Of a DNA stretch of 64,000 nucleotides, positions 10,262-20,362 are shown one piece after another; the stretch's first letter is position 1; each line of letters starts with the position of its first letter. The notes beneath the pieces were generated by a model that saw only the letters and a list, made by a program, of their open reading frames with translations, ran no database searches and was not told the origin of the DNA. A program made the translations under genes and the position numbers. The stretch is from assembly GCA_963841435.1 (NCBI GenBank), contig CAWJCS010000004.1, positions 320,001 through 384,000 on the forward strand, written 5' to 3'. This stretch comes from an uncultured delta proteobacterium. Lineage in GTDB: Bacteria; Myxococcota_A; Polyangia; Polyangiales; Polyangiaceae.

Positions 10262-12990
10262 TCAGTGCGCACTGTGCCAGTTCGGGCCGCTGCCCACGTC
10301 GACGACGAGCGGCACCGAGAGCTCGTAGACGGACTCCATGGCGCTTTTCACGCGTTCCTTGGCGACCGCCACCTCGTCCTTCGGCACCTCGAACACGAGC
10401 TCGTCGTGCACGGAAAGAATCATGCGGGCGCCCGGTGTCACGGGCTCCCGTAGCGCCAGCATGGCGAGCTTGAGCAGGTCGGCGGCGCTGCCCTGGATCG
10501 GCATGTTCATGGCGACGCGCTCCGCGGCGAGCCGCTCGGCGCGGTTCCCGCTGCGGATGCCGGGCACGAGACGGCGTCGTCCGAGCAAGCTGCGCACGGC
10601 CTCGCCGCTGCGCGCGCGCTCCAGGGTCTCGTTCATGAAGCGGCGTACGCCCTGGTAGCGCTGGAAATACGCGGCGATGAAGCCCGCCGCCTCGGCGCGC
10701 GGGATCTTGAGCACCTTGGCGAGCCCGCTCTCGCCCTGTCCGTAGATGACGCCGAAGTTCACGGCTTTGGCGCGCGTGCGGTGCTCGCGCGTGAGCGCGT
10801 CCGCCGTGACGCCGAAGATCTCCATGGCGGTGCGCGCGTGGATGTCCTCCTCGGTTCGAAAGGCTTCCGAGAGCACGGGGTCGCCCGACAGGTGCGCGAG
10901 CACTCGCAGCTCGATCTGGGAATAGTCCGCGCTCACGATCTCGCAGCCGGGCCGTGCCACGAACGCCGCGCGGATCTTGCGGCCGAGCTCGGTGCGGATG
11001 GGAATGTTTTGTAGATTCGGGTCGGTCAACGACAGCCGGCCCGTCGCGGCGACGGCTTGGTCCCAGCTCGTGTGCAGGCGCCCCGTTCAACGGGTTGACG
11101 AGCCCGGGCAGCGCATCGATGTACGTGCCCTTGAGCTTGGTGAGCTGACGGATCTCGAGCACGATGCCCGGCAGCTCGTGGGACTCTGCGAGCGCTTCCA
11201 GCGTGTCGGCGTCCGTCGAGCGCGAGGTCTTCGTGCGCTTGATCGGCTTCATCCCGAGCTCGTCGAACAGGATGGTTTCGAGCTGGCGCGGGGAGTTCAC
11301 GTTGAATTCGTGGCCGGCGGCACGGTGCGCGTCGCGTTCGAGCCGCCGGACCTCGATTTCGCACTCGGCGCCGAGCGTCGCGAGCACCGAGGTGTCGAGC
11401 ATGACGCCCGCGAGCTCGAGAATCGACGAGCTGTCGAGCGAGCGGCAGCTCGACGTGCTCGTAGAGCGAGTCGAGCCCTGCATCGGAAAGTCGCGGACGC
11501 AGGCGCTCGTCGAGCCTGAGCGCGTAGTCGGCGCCGGCGGCGACGAACGGCGTGGCCTCGCCGCATTCGAGCTCGTCGAAGCCTACGCGCCGACCGCGGC
11601 CCCGCGCCGTGAGCGCGTCTCGCGTGCCCGCCTTGATGCCGAGGTCGCGCTCGGCGAGCGCCTCGCGATCGTGGCGAGCCTCGGGATCGATGAGGTAGCT
11701 GACGAGGCTCGCGTCGAAGCCGAAGCCCTCGAGCATCCCGCCGTGTCGCGAAAGCGCGACGGCTGTCCGCTTCAGGTCGAGCGCGGACTTCACGATCGAA
11801 TCATCGGCGAGGATCGGCGCGAGGCGCTCGAGCACGGCCGGGATCGTCAGCTGGCGCGGCGCCCCGACGTAGCGGTGCGCAAGGGGCAGGTACGCGCCGC
11901 GGCCCGGCGCAACGGCGAGCCCGATACCCACGAGGCCGCCGCGCAGCGCCGAGTCGGGCTCCGTCGCGACCTCGACCGCGAGGCGCTTGGTGCGCGCGGC
12001 CGATTCCACGAAGCGCACGAGCGCCGCCTCGTCGAGCAGGGTCTCGTATTCGCCTTGCTGCGACAGCACGCGGGGTGGCTCGACGGCGGTCGCCGCCGGT
12101 ACGGCCGGCGGCAGCGCGTCGAGCTCCGTGAGCTGGCGGCGGAAGCCCAGCTCGGAATAGTGCCGACGGAGCTCGGTCAGATCGCGCGCTCCCGGTCGCA
12201 GGCGCTCGAGATCGAAGTCAATCGGGCAGTCGTCCTTGAGCGTCACGAGGCGCCGGCTGATGCGCGCGTCGGCCTCGTGGGCGGCAAGCGTCTCGCGCAC
12301 CCCCTTCTTCGCGACCTCGGCGACGTGCTCGTAGATGCCGTCGAGCGTGCCGAACTTCTGGAGCAGCTCGCGCGCCGTCTTCGGCCCCACGTGGGGCACG
12401 CCCGGCACGTTGTCCGAGCTGTCCCCCATGAGCGAAAGGAGGTCGCCGAGCTGCTCGACGCGGACCCCGAATCGCTCCTCGACCTCGGGGGGGCCGACCA
12501 CGCGATCGCGCATCGTGTCCCAGAGCACGACGTCGGGCCCCACGAGCTGCATGAGATCCTTGTCGGACGCCACGATCACGGCGCGCAGGCCGTGCTCGCG
12601 GGCAGCGCGGACCGCCGTCGCGATGAGATCGTCGGCCTCGACGCCGCGCTCCTGGTACGTGGTCACGCCGAACGCGCGGACGATGGCTTCGGTGCGCGCG
12701 AGCTGCGGGACGAGATCGGGCGGTGCGGGCGGCCGGTGAGCTTTGTACTCGGCGTACATCTCCCGGCGAAAGGTGTCGCGACCCGCGTCCATGGCGATGG
12801 CCATCAACGCGGGACGCCGTTCGCGGATCAGCCGCTCGAGCATGGTCACGGTCCCGTGCACGGCGTTGGTGGGCTCGCCCGAGGGGCTCGAGAGGGGCGC
12901 TATCGCGTGGTAGGCCCGGAGCACGTAGCTCGAGAGGTCGACGAGATAGAGCACGTCCGGCGCAGCCGCGGGGAAGAGCTCGCTTGCCAT
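10262..12990 (-). CDS. polA: DNA polymerase I (two +1 frameshifts, probably sequencing errors)
   Basis: 5'-3' exonuclease motifs (EADD, GDSSDNVPGV) and polymerase motifs (PNLQNIP, ADYSQIELR, KAVNFGVIYG, IQGSAAD, VHDELVFE) lie in three frames. Deleting one base at 11421-2 and one at 11086-7 gives 908 aa. Confidence 0.95.
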
Positions 12991-13105
12991 GCGCCCTGTT
13001 ACCAGACCCGGAAGCTGCCCTCACGGGCGCGTGCGCCCGGGTGTTTCCGGCCGGGCGCTCGAACCCGCTAGCGTTTTGGGGCGAGTCCAGTTAACCTTTT
13101 CAACG

Positions 13106-14561
13106 GTGGCCGAATCGACTCCTGGCGACCCGGCCGGCGCACCGGTGGCGCTCGTTGCTGGCAAGTACCGGCTCACCGAGCTGCTCGGGCGCGGCGGGAT
13201 GGGCTCCGTCTGGGCCGGAGTGCACACGACGCTCGGGACGCGCGTCGCCGTGAAGTTCATCGATGTCGAGCACGCCGACAGCCGCGAGGCCCGCGCGCGC
13301 TTCGAGAACGAGGCCCGCGCAGCGGCGTCGTTGCGCAGCAAGCACGTCGTCGAAGTCTACGACCACGGCGTGACCGACGACGGCCGGCCGTTCATCGTCA
13401 TGGAGTTCTTGGACGGCGAGCCGCTCGACCGCAGGCTCGACCGCTTGAGCCGCCTGAACCCACGCGACGCGGCGCGCATCGTCGGGCAGATCTGCCGGGC
13501 GCTCTCGAAGGCCCATGCGGCGGGCATCGTCCACCGCGATCTGAAGCCCGAGAACGTGTTCCTGGTGTGGGACGACGAGGACGGTGCCGACGTCGTGAAG
13601 GTGGTGGACTTCGGCATCGCCAAGTTTACCGATTCCGCGACGGCCTCCTCGTCGGCGACGCGCACGGGCTCGGTGCTCGGCACGCCGTACTACATGAGCC
13701 CCGAGCAGGCGCGCGGGCTAAGATCCGTCGATTTTCGCTCGGATCTTCTGGTCCGTCGGCGTCATCGCGTTCCGCTGCATGACGGGGCACCTGCCGTTCG
13801 AAGGCGAAGCGGTGGGCGACGTGCTCGTCAAGCTTTGCACGGCGCCGCTACCGGTGCCTTCGAGCATCGTACCGGACGTGCCACCCGGCTTCGATGCGTG
13901 GATGGCGCGGGCGCTTTCGCGCGAGCCCGCGGGACGCTTCCAGAACGCCGCGGAGCTTGCGATGTCCCTCGCCGCCGTGTGCGGTCTCAGCACGCCGCTC
14001 GGCGCCAACTCGGGCGACGGGTTTTCGGCCGTCGGCATGTCGTATCCGTCGCCGCACGTCTCCGGCCAGCCGACCCCGTTTACGGCCACGACGCCGTCGC
14101 CCGCGCTCACACCCGCACCGGCTCATGCAACGACCGGCGCGCCCATCACGCAGACGCCCCCGCCGCGCGAGCGAGCGCGGGCGGGGACGTTGATCGTGGC
14201 AGGCTTGGTCGCGCTCGCCGTGCTCGGCATCGGCGTCGCCGTGCTGAGCAAGATCATCGGCAAGGGTGAGTCGGCGGCTGCTGCTACCCAAACGGCCGAG
14301 ACCGTCGCGGCGGCGCCCCCTGCGCCCCAGCCGCCGGCCATGGCGGCCGCGCCCGCGCCCATGCCCGAGCCGACTGCCGCGGCGCCGTCCGCGTCCGCAA
14401 AGCCAGCCCCGATCGCGGCACCCGCGCAGCCGGCCCCTCGTCCGGTCGTGGCGCACCGCCCGGCGCCGCACAAGCCGAGCCCGCCGCCGAGCAAGGGCAA
14501 GCCGTCGGCGCCCACGACGGGCGCGCCCACGTCGAAGCCTGTCTCGGACATGGGTTTCTGA
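13106..14561 (+). CDS. Membrane-anchored Ser/Thr protein kinase (one +1 frameshift at ~13746)
   Basis: GRGGMGSV, VAVK, HRDLKPEN, DFG and GTPYYMSPEQ motifs. The frame resumes as DLWSVG...MTGHLPF, followed by a TM helix and a Pro/Ala tail ending SDMGF. Confidence 0.92.
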
Positions 14562-14695
14562 GCCCGCTCTGGCCGCGTGGCCGGACGGTGACATGGCGAA
14601 CTCGGGGCGCGATCCGTCGTGCTTCGACATGAAGCTGCAACGAATTACAGATCGGTGACAATTGGCCCGGGGCCGGGTGGTACTCGCCTGCACGG

Positions 14696-16198
14696 ATGTC
14701 CTGGGTGCTCCTCGTTCCGTACGGGCTCGTGCTGGTCGTGCTCTGCAGCTACGGCGGCCACCGTGCCCACCTGGCGTTCACCTGCATGCGGTTCGGCCGT
14801 CGCATTGCCCGGCTCGAAAAGGCCCCCGAGGGGCCCTTCGAGCTGCCGAGCGTGACCGTCCAGCTGCCCCTGTTCAACGAGGCGACGGTCGCCGAGCGGC
14901 TGATCGCGGCAACGGGCGCCCTCGACTATCCGAGTGATCGCCTCGAGATCCAGGTGCTCGACGACTCGACCGACGAGACCCAAGGTATCGCGCGCCGCGC
15001 CGTCGAGGAGCTTCGCGCGCGCGGCATCGACGCCGAGTACGTGCGGCGCCCGAGCCGTCACGGGTACAAGGCGGGGGCTCTCGAATACGGCCTTCGTCAG
15101 GCGCGCGGCGAGCTCGTCGCCGTGTTCGACGCCGACTTCATTCCGCAGGCGGACTTCCTCAAGTCCGTGGTCGGCCACTTCTCGCACCCGCGCGTCGGCA
15201 TGGTCCAGACGCGCTGGGACCACGCGAACCGCGCGCACAGCCTGCTCACGCAGGTGCAGGCGCTGATGCTCGATGGGCACCACCTCGTGGAGAACCGGGC
15301 GCGTTTCGCGCTCGGCCACTTCTTCAATTTCTCGGGCACGGGCGGCATCTGGCGGCGCCGGGCGATCGACGACGCCGGTGGCTGGCAGCACGATACTTTG
15401 ACGGAGGATCTCGATCTTTCCTATCGCGCGCAGCTCGCGGGCTGGCGTTTCGTGTACCGCGGCGACGTGCTCACCCCGGCCGAGCTGCCCGAGGACATGT
15501 CCGCCTTCCGCGCGCAGCAGTTCCGCTGGGCGAAGGGCACCGTACAGACGGCTCGCAAGCTGCTCACCCGCGTGCTGCACACGGACCTGCCGCTCGGCAA
15601 GCGCCTCGAGGCGGGGTTCCACATGTTGCCGCATCTTGCCTACCCGGCGACGGTGCTGCTCACGCTCTTGCTCCTGCCGGCGCTCGCGTTCATGCCGGCG
15701 ACGAGCTTCGAGGCCCTTTTACTCATCGACGTGCCGCTCTGCGTGGGAGCGACCGGATCGCTCGCCGCTTTCTACGGCATGGCCGAGCGCGGTCGAGGTC
15801 GCTCGGCGTTTTCGGCCGTGAGCAAACTGCCGGCCGTCATCGCGCTGGGCGCGGGGCTCGCTCCGCATCTGACCGCCGCGGTGATCGACGGCCTCACGTC
15901 GATGGCCGGCGAGTTCGTGCGCACGCCGAAGCGCGGCGGGGCGCGCGGTCGATACCGCCAGTCGGCCAAGCTGCCGGTCTGGGAAATGGTGCTCGCAGTG
16001 GTTTCGGCGACCAGCGTCGTCGTGGCCGCCAAGACGGGGCACTACCTGGCCATGCCGTTCGCAGCGCTCTTCACGATGGGCTACGGCTACGTGGCCGCCC
16101 TCGTGCTTCGGGAGCAGCTCGAGCGCCCCGTGCCCGAGCTCGTGGCGGCCGAGCTCGACACGCCCGCCGACGTACCGTCGGTCGCGAACGCCGCCTAA
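14696..16198 (+). CDS. Processive glycosyltransferase family 2 (cellulose-synthase-like)
   Basis: DDSTD, KAG, FDADF, TED and QQFRW (QxxRW) motifs with multiple TM helices. Confidence 0.9.
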   Translation: MSWVLLVPYGLVLVVLCSYGGHRAHLAFTCMRFGRRIARLEKAPEGPFELPSVTVQLPLFNEATVAERLIAATGALDYPSDRLEIQVLDDSTDETQGIARRAVEELRARGIDAEYVRRPSRHGYKAGALEYGLRQARGELVAVFDADFIPQADFLKSVVGHFSHPRVGMVQTRWDHANRAHSLLTQVQALMLDGHHLVENRARFALGHFFNFSGTGGIWRRRAIDDAGGWQHDTLTEDLDLSYRAQLAGWRFVYRGDVLTPAELPEDMSAFRAQQFRWAKGTVQTARKLLTRVLHTDLPLGKRLEAGFHMLPHLAYPATVLLTLLLLPALAFMPATSFEALLLIDVPLCVGATGSLAAFYGMAERGRGRSAFSAVSKLPAVIALGAGLAPHLTAAVIDGLTSMAGEFVRTPKRGGARGRYRQSAKLPVWEMVLAVVSATSVVVAAKTGHYLAMPFAALFTMGYGYVAALVLREQLERPVPELVAAELDTPADVPSVANAA

Positions 16199-16353
16199 AG
16201 CGGCCCTCGCGGCCCGCACGGAGGCCGACACCGAGCCAAGAAGTGCCGTTGGGCGCAGGCTCCCGAGCCGAGCGGGTCCGAGCAAGGTATGCTCTTCGTT
16301 AGCCCATGGACAACCCCAGGCACCCGGGTACTATCGTCCCTAGCTCGCGAACG

Positions 16354-16677
16354 ATGACGAAGGCGGACATCGTCCAGGCCGTGTACACGAGGCTAGGTGG
16401 CTTCTCGAAGAAGGAGTCGGCTGACCTCGTGGATCTCGTCTTCGAGACGATGAAGGAGACCCTCGGCCGCGGCGAGAAGATCAAGATCTCGGGGTTTGGC
16501 AACTTCGTCTTGCGCGACAAGCGGCAGCGCCAGGGGCGCAATCCCCAGACCGGCGACCCCATCACCATCACCGAGCGACGCGTCCTGAACTTCAAGGCCA
16601 GCCAGCTGCTCAAGCAGGCCCTGAACGAGGAGCGGACGGGCTCGGACAGCGCCGGCTCCCCCGAGGTGAAGGGTTAG
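16354..16677 (+). CDS. ihfA: Integration host factor subunit alpha
   Basis: MTKADIV...KISGFGNF...RQGRNPQTG; followed by a MerR gene, the usual ihfA synteny. Confidence 0.9.
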   Translation: MTKADIVQAVYTRLGGFSKKESADLVDLVFETMKETLGRGEKIKISGFGNFVLRDKRQRQGRNPQTGDPITITERRVLNFKASQLLKQALNEERTGSDSAGSPEVKG

Positions 16678-16681
16678 CGTC

Positions 16682-17065
16682 TTGTCCGAGCACGAAGAGC
16701 TGCCCGTCAAGCTCTACTATCGGATCGGAGAAGTCTCGAATCTCGTCGGCGTCGAGCCCCACGTGCTCCGCTACTGGGAAACCGAGTTTCGCTCGATTCG
16801 CCCGCAGAAGTCCCGCAAGGGACAGCGTATCTATTCGCGCCGCGACGTCGACCGGCTCCTCAAGGTCAAGGACCTGCTCTACACGCACGGGTTCACCATC
16901 GCGGGAGCACGCCGGCGCCTGCGGGAAACCGGTCTCGAGCCCCTGAGCGCTGCCGAGGCCGTCGTTGCCGAACGCACGCGGGTGGCTCTTTCCGAGCTAC
17001 GCGACGACGTTCAAAGCATGCTTGCCGAGATCGACCTCATCGCAGGGCCGAAGGCACTGCCCTGA
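16682..17065 (+). CDS. MerR-family transcriptional regulator
   Basis: KLYYRIGEVS..VGVEPHVLRYWETEF helix-turn-helix; LLYTHGFTIAGA. Confidence 0.9.
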   Translation: MSEHEELPVKLYYRIGEVSNLVGVEPHVLRYWETEFRSIRPQKSRKGQRIYSRRDVDRLLKVKDLLYTHGFTIAGARRRLRETGLEPLSAAEAVVAERTRVALSELRDDVQSMLAEIDLIAGPKALP

Positions 17066-17165
17066 GCCCGGAGCTAGGCGAGGCCGGGTAGGACGGAGAA
17101 CGTCCGGGCACGCTTGACGCGAGCGTGGCGAACGGTCAGATGCGTTCTAGAAGAAGGAGACGACC

Positions 17166-17624
17166 ATGGCGGAAGGCCTCAATCGCGTAATGCTGCTCGG
17201 TAACCTCGGCGCCGATCCCGAGCTTCGCATGACGAGCGGCGGACAGGCCGTGCTCAAGCTGCGCCTGGCGACGAGCGAAACGTATCTCGATCGCAATCGC
17301 GTCCGACAGGAGCGGACCGAATGGCACAGCGTCGTCGTGTGGGGTAAGCGGGCCGAGGCGCTTGCGAAGATCCTCTCCAAAGGCTCGCGCATCTTCGTCG
17401 AAGGAGGCATTCGGACCTCGAGCTACGACGACAAGGAAGGGCACAAGCGTTACCGCACCGAGGTCGTCGCCAACAACATCATCCTCTCGGGCGGCGGGAG
17501 GGGAGGGCCTCGTCCTTCCGAGGGGCCTTCTCCGGGTGACGAAGCCGAGGCCGCGCCTGCTGCCGGCGGCAGCTACGGGGATGCCGACTACGGCGGTGGT
17601 GGCGACGACGAGATCCCCTTCTGA
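17166..17624 (+). CDS. ssb: Single-stranded DNA-binding protein
   Basis: LNRVMLLGNLGADPE, TEWH, C-terminal DDEIPF; SD AGAAGGAG. Confidence 0.97.
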   Translation: MAEGLNRVMLLGNLGADPELRMTSGGQAVLKLRLATSETYLDRNRVRQERTEWHSVVVWGKRAEALAKILSKGSRIFVEGGIRTSSYDDKEGHKRYRTEVVANNIILSGGGRGGPRPSEGPSPGDEAEAAPAAGGSYGDADYGGGGDDEIPF

Positions 17625-17742
17625 CCTCGGTCTCCTCGCGCGCTCGTGTCCCGGCGCCCTGGGCGCCGCAGCCGGCCTGCCCGGCGAGCGCCTTAGGCTG
17701 GACACGCGATCGTCGAGGGACCCGGTCGAGGTATCGTGGCTC

Positions 17743-17919
17743 GTGCGCGACGCCGCCCTCTTTGCCGTCGCCGGTGACGCCGCGCCGCGCTCGACCGGCT
17801 CGGCCCGCGCGCTCGTGACGAAAGCGACGCTCGCGCGCGACCCGGGCGAGGCCGGTGTCTGCGTCACGCTCTTGGCAGCGGCCCGTCGGGCGATCGGCGC
17901 GAGCCGGGGTGCACCGTGA
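17743..17919 (+). CDS. Small hypothetical protein (58 aa)
   Basis: GTG lies 5 nt after TATCGT; the stop overlaps the next start (GTGA). Confidence 0.3.
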   Translation: MRDAALFAVAGDAAPRSTGSARALVTKATLARDPGEAGVCVTLLAAARRAIGASRGAP

Positions 17920-19022
17920 GCGGCCGCGGCCTCGTGCTCGTCACGGGGTTTCCCGGCATGCGCGCCAAGGCGCTGGCGCGCGTGGTGCTCGGCGACCCAG
18001 AGGAGCGGCCGCTCGCGCTGCTCGTCCACCCGCGGCGGCGCGCGGCGGCCGACAGCGCTCTCGCCGCGCTCGCGCCTCGGGTCGCACCCCGCGTGATCGA
18101 GGGGGACCCGGCCGCCATCGACTTCGGCCTCGCGCGCGGTCCATATCGCGCCTTGCTCGAGGAGGTCGTCTGCCTGCATCACGCGTACCAGGTGCTCGAC
18201 CTCGCGGCTCCCGCGGAGCTCGCGCGAACCGTGAACGTCGGCGGCGCGCGCGAGGTGATCGAGTTCTCGCGCGCCGCGGAGCGCCTCGGCCGAGTGATCC
18301 ACCATTCGAGCGTCTTCGTGAGCGGCGATCGCACGGGCGTCGTGCTCGAGAGCGAGCTGCACGCGAGACAGTCGTTTCGTTCCCCGGTGGCGGCCTCTCT
18401 GGCACTGTCGGAGGCCATGCTGAAGCGCCACCCGGAAGTGCCGCTGACGGTCGCGCGGGCAAGCCAAATCGTCGGAGATTCTCGCACCGGTATCACCGAC
18501 CGCCTGGACGGTCCGTACCCGGTGCTCGCGTTCCTTTTGGGCGTTCCCAGCGACACGGTCTTGCCGTTGCCGCCGCGTCTCAATGCGCCGCTGCACCTCG
18601 TGCCCGTCAACTACGTCGCGCGCGCCGCGTACCACCTCGGTGACCTGCCGGCGACGCTGGGTGCCACGCTGCATCTCGTCGATTCCGCGCCGCTCACGAC
18701 GCGCCGCTTCATCGAGCTCGCCGCCGCGCACTTCGGCAAGCGGCTCGAGGACGGCTTTCACGCCGGCTCGTTCGGTCGATCGCTCTTCAACAATCCGGGC
18801 GTCGGCCTTCTCGCCCAAAAGCTTCGCGCCGTTCAGAATCTCGTGATGCGCAACGTCGTCTACGACGCCGCGAGCGCCGTTGCCGGTCTCGCGGGCAGCG
18901 GGATCACCTGTCCGCCGCTCGAGAGCTACCTCGACGTGCTGCTCGCCCACGTCGAGGAGCGCGCCAAGGAGCGGGGTCTCACTGAGCCTCCGCCCAAGGA
19001 GGCTGTCGATGCGGCGAGCTGA
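17916..19022 (+). CDS. Extended SDR / NAD-binding-4-like protein, degenerate active site
   Basis: LVTGFPG, NVGGAREV, HHSSVFVSG, IVGDSRTG and VPVNYVARA motifs; YxxxK absent. Confidence 0.75.
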   Translation: MSGRGLVLVTGFPGMRAKALARVVLGDPEERPLALLVHPRRRAAADSALAALAPRVAPRVIEGDPAAIDFGLARGPYRALLEEVVCLHHAYQVLDLAAPAELARTVNVGGAREVIEFSRAAERLGRVIHHSSVFVSGDRTGVVLESELHARQSFRSPVAASLALSEAMLKRHPEVPLTVARASQIVGDSRTGITDRLDGPYPVLAFLLGVPSDTVLPLPPRLNAPLHLVPVNYVARAAYHLGDLPATLGATLHLVDSAPLTTRRFIELAAAHFGKRLEDGFHAGSFGRSLFNNPGVGLLAQKLRAVQNLVMRNVVYDAASAVAGLAGSGITCPPLESYLDVLLAHVEERAKERGLTEPPPKEAVDAAS

Positions 19023-20343
19023 TCCGAACGGGGCCTTGGCCCTCGGTGTGGCGCTGCTCTCTGCGTTCGCGGCCGCGACGTGCAGCCGCGAGAGCCACCT
19101 CGAGCCACGGGCTCCGCACGCCGCGCGCGAGACGCAGCTCGGCGTTGGCGCGAGCGCCTCGGCGCGGCCACCCGCCGCTCCACTCGCCAGTGCGAGCGCG
19201 CGCGCCGTCACGCCACCGGCGAAAGCGAGCAACCCCGAAGTCTTGAGCTTTGCCCATCTCTACGCCGCGCTTTTCGGCCTCGAGGACGGGACCCGCAAGG
19301 ACCATGTGCGTGTGCTGTGGCTCGGTGATTCGCATACGGCCGCCGACTTCATGACGGGCGAGACGCGCAAGCGCCTGCAGGCTCGTTTCGGCAACGGCGG
19401 GCCTGGTCTCGTGCGTCTTGGAGCGAGCCCCTATCGCCACGACGGCGTGCACATCGTGCGTGACGGGCGCTTCAACGTGGAGCCGGACCCCCCGTCGCGG
19501 CGCAGTGACCCGGACGATGCCGCGTTCGGCTACGCCGGCATGCGCACGTTGCCGCGCGACCAGCGCGCACGGGCCGAGCTCAGGGTCGACGAGCACGCGG
19601 TCGTAGGCCAGGTTCGCTACGAGCTCTTTTTCGATTTGCCCGACGACGCCAGCTTTCGGGTGTCGCTGGGTTCCGAGCACGACGACGTGAAGGCGGGCTC
19701 GCCGCTGCTCCACGTTCCCGGCTCGCCGATTGCCCGGCTGCGCTTCTCGGCACCCGCGCACGAACCCTTCGCCGTGGAACGCATGCACGGGCGCCCGCGC
19801 TTCTACGGTGTGATTGCCGAGGCCGAAAAACCCGGTCTCGTGCTCGACACGTCGGGCATCGACGGTGCTCGCGTCGGCACCGCGCTCTCCTGGGACGCAG
19901 GCGTGCTCGCCGCCGAGGTCGCAGCGCGTTCCCCCGATCTTTTCGTGCTCGCCTACGGAACCAACGAGGCCTTCGACAATCGCCGCGCCGAGCCGATCGG
20001 CGGCGAGGCCGAGGAGCTCGTCGCCCGGCTGCGTCGCGGCGCGCCGCAAGCCGACTGCCTCGTGCTCGGCCCGCCCGACGCGGCATCCCCCGATCTCACG
20101 AGCTTACCCCGCGTCGCGGAGATCGACGCGGTCCTCTACAGCGCCGCCCAGCGCTCGGGCTGCGGGTTCCTTTCGCTCCGCGCGGCGATGGGGGGCGACG
20201 GCGGCTTCGCTCGCTTCCTGCACGACACGCCTCAGCTGGCGCGGCCCGATCGCATCCATTTCACGGTCGCCGGCTACGAGAAGCTCGGCGGAGCCGTGGC
20301 CGACGCGCTGCTCGCAGCCTACGACGCCTACCCGCGGAAGTGA
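19009..20343 (+). CDS. SGNH/GDSL esterase, Ape1 (O-acetylpeptidoglycan esterase)-like lipoprotein
   Basis: LGDSHTAADF, GIDGAR, YGTNEAF and DRIHF motifs; signal peptide with Cys; SD AAGGAGG. Confidence 0.8.
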   Translation: MRRADPNGALALGVALLSAFAAATCSRESHLEPRAPHAARETQLGVGASASARPPAAPLASASARAVTPPAKASNPEVLSFAHLYAALFGLEDGTRKDHVRVLWLGDSHTAADFMTGETRKRLQARFGNGGPGLVRLGASPYRHDGVHIVRDGRFNVEPDPPSRRSDPDDAAFGYAGMRTLPRDQRARAELRVDEHAVVGQVRYELFFDLPDDASFRVSLGSEHDDVKAGSPLLHVPGSPIARLRFSAPAHEPFAVERMHGRPRFYGVIAEAEKPGLVLDTSGIDGARVGTALSWDAGVLAAEVAARSPDLFVLAYGTNEAFDNRRAEPIGGEAEELVARLRRGAPQADCLVLGPPDAASPDLTSLPRVAEIDAVLYSAAQRSGCGFLSLRAAMGGDGGFARFLHDTPQLARPDRIHFTVAGYEKLGGAVADALLAAYDAYPRK

Positions 20344-20362
20344 CGCGCGGGCGCGCGCCCCC

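Noticed and set aside
10262..12990. polA as a pseudogene or programmed frameshift
   Set aside because: All motifs are intact, there is no slippery heptamer, and the same indel signature occurs in unrelated genes.
17066..17165. tRNA-Pro often found after ihfA-merR; LexA box before ssb
   Set aside because: No cloverleaf or T-loop GTTCRA; only short GC hairpins and no convincing SOS box.
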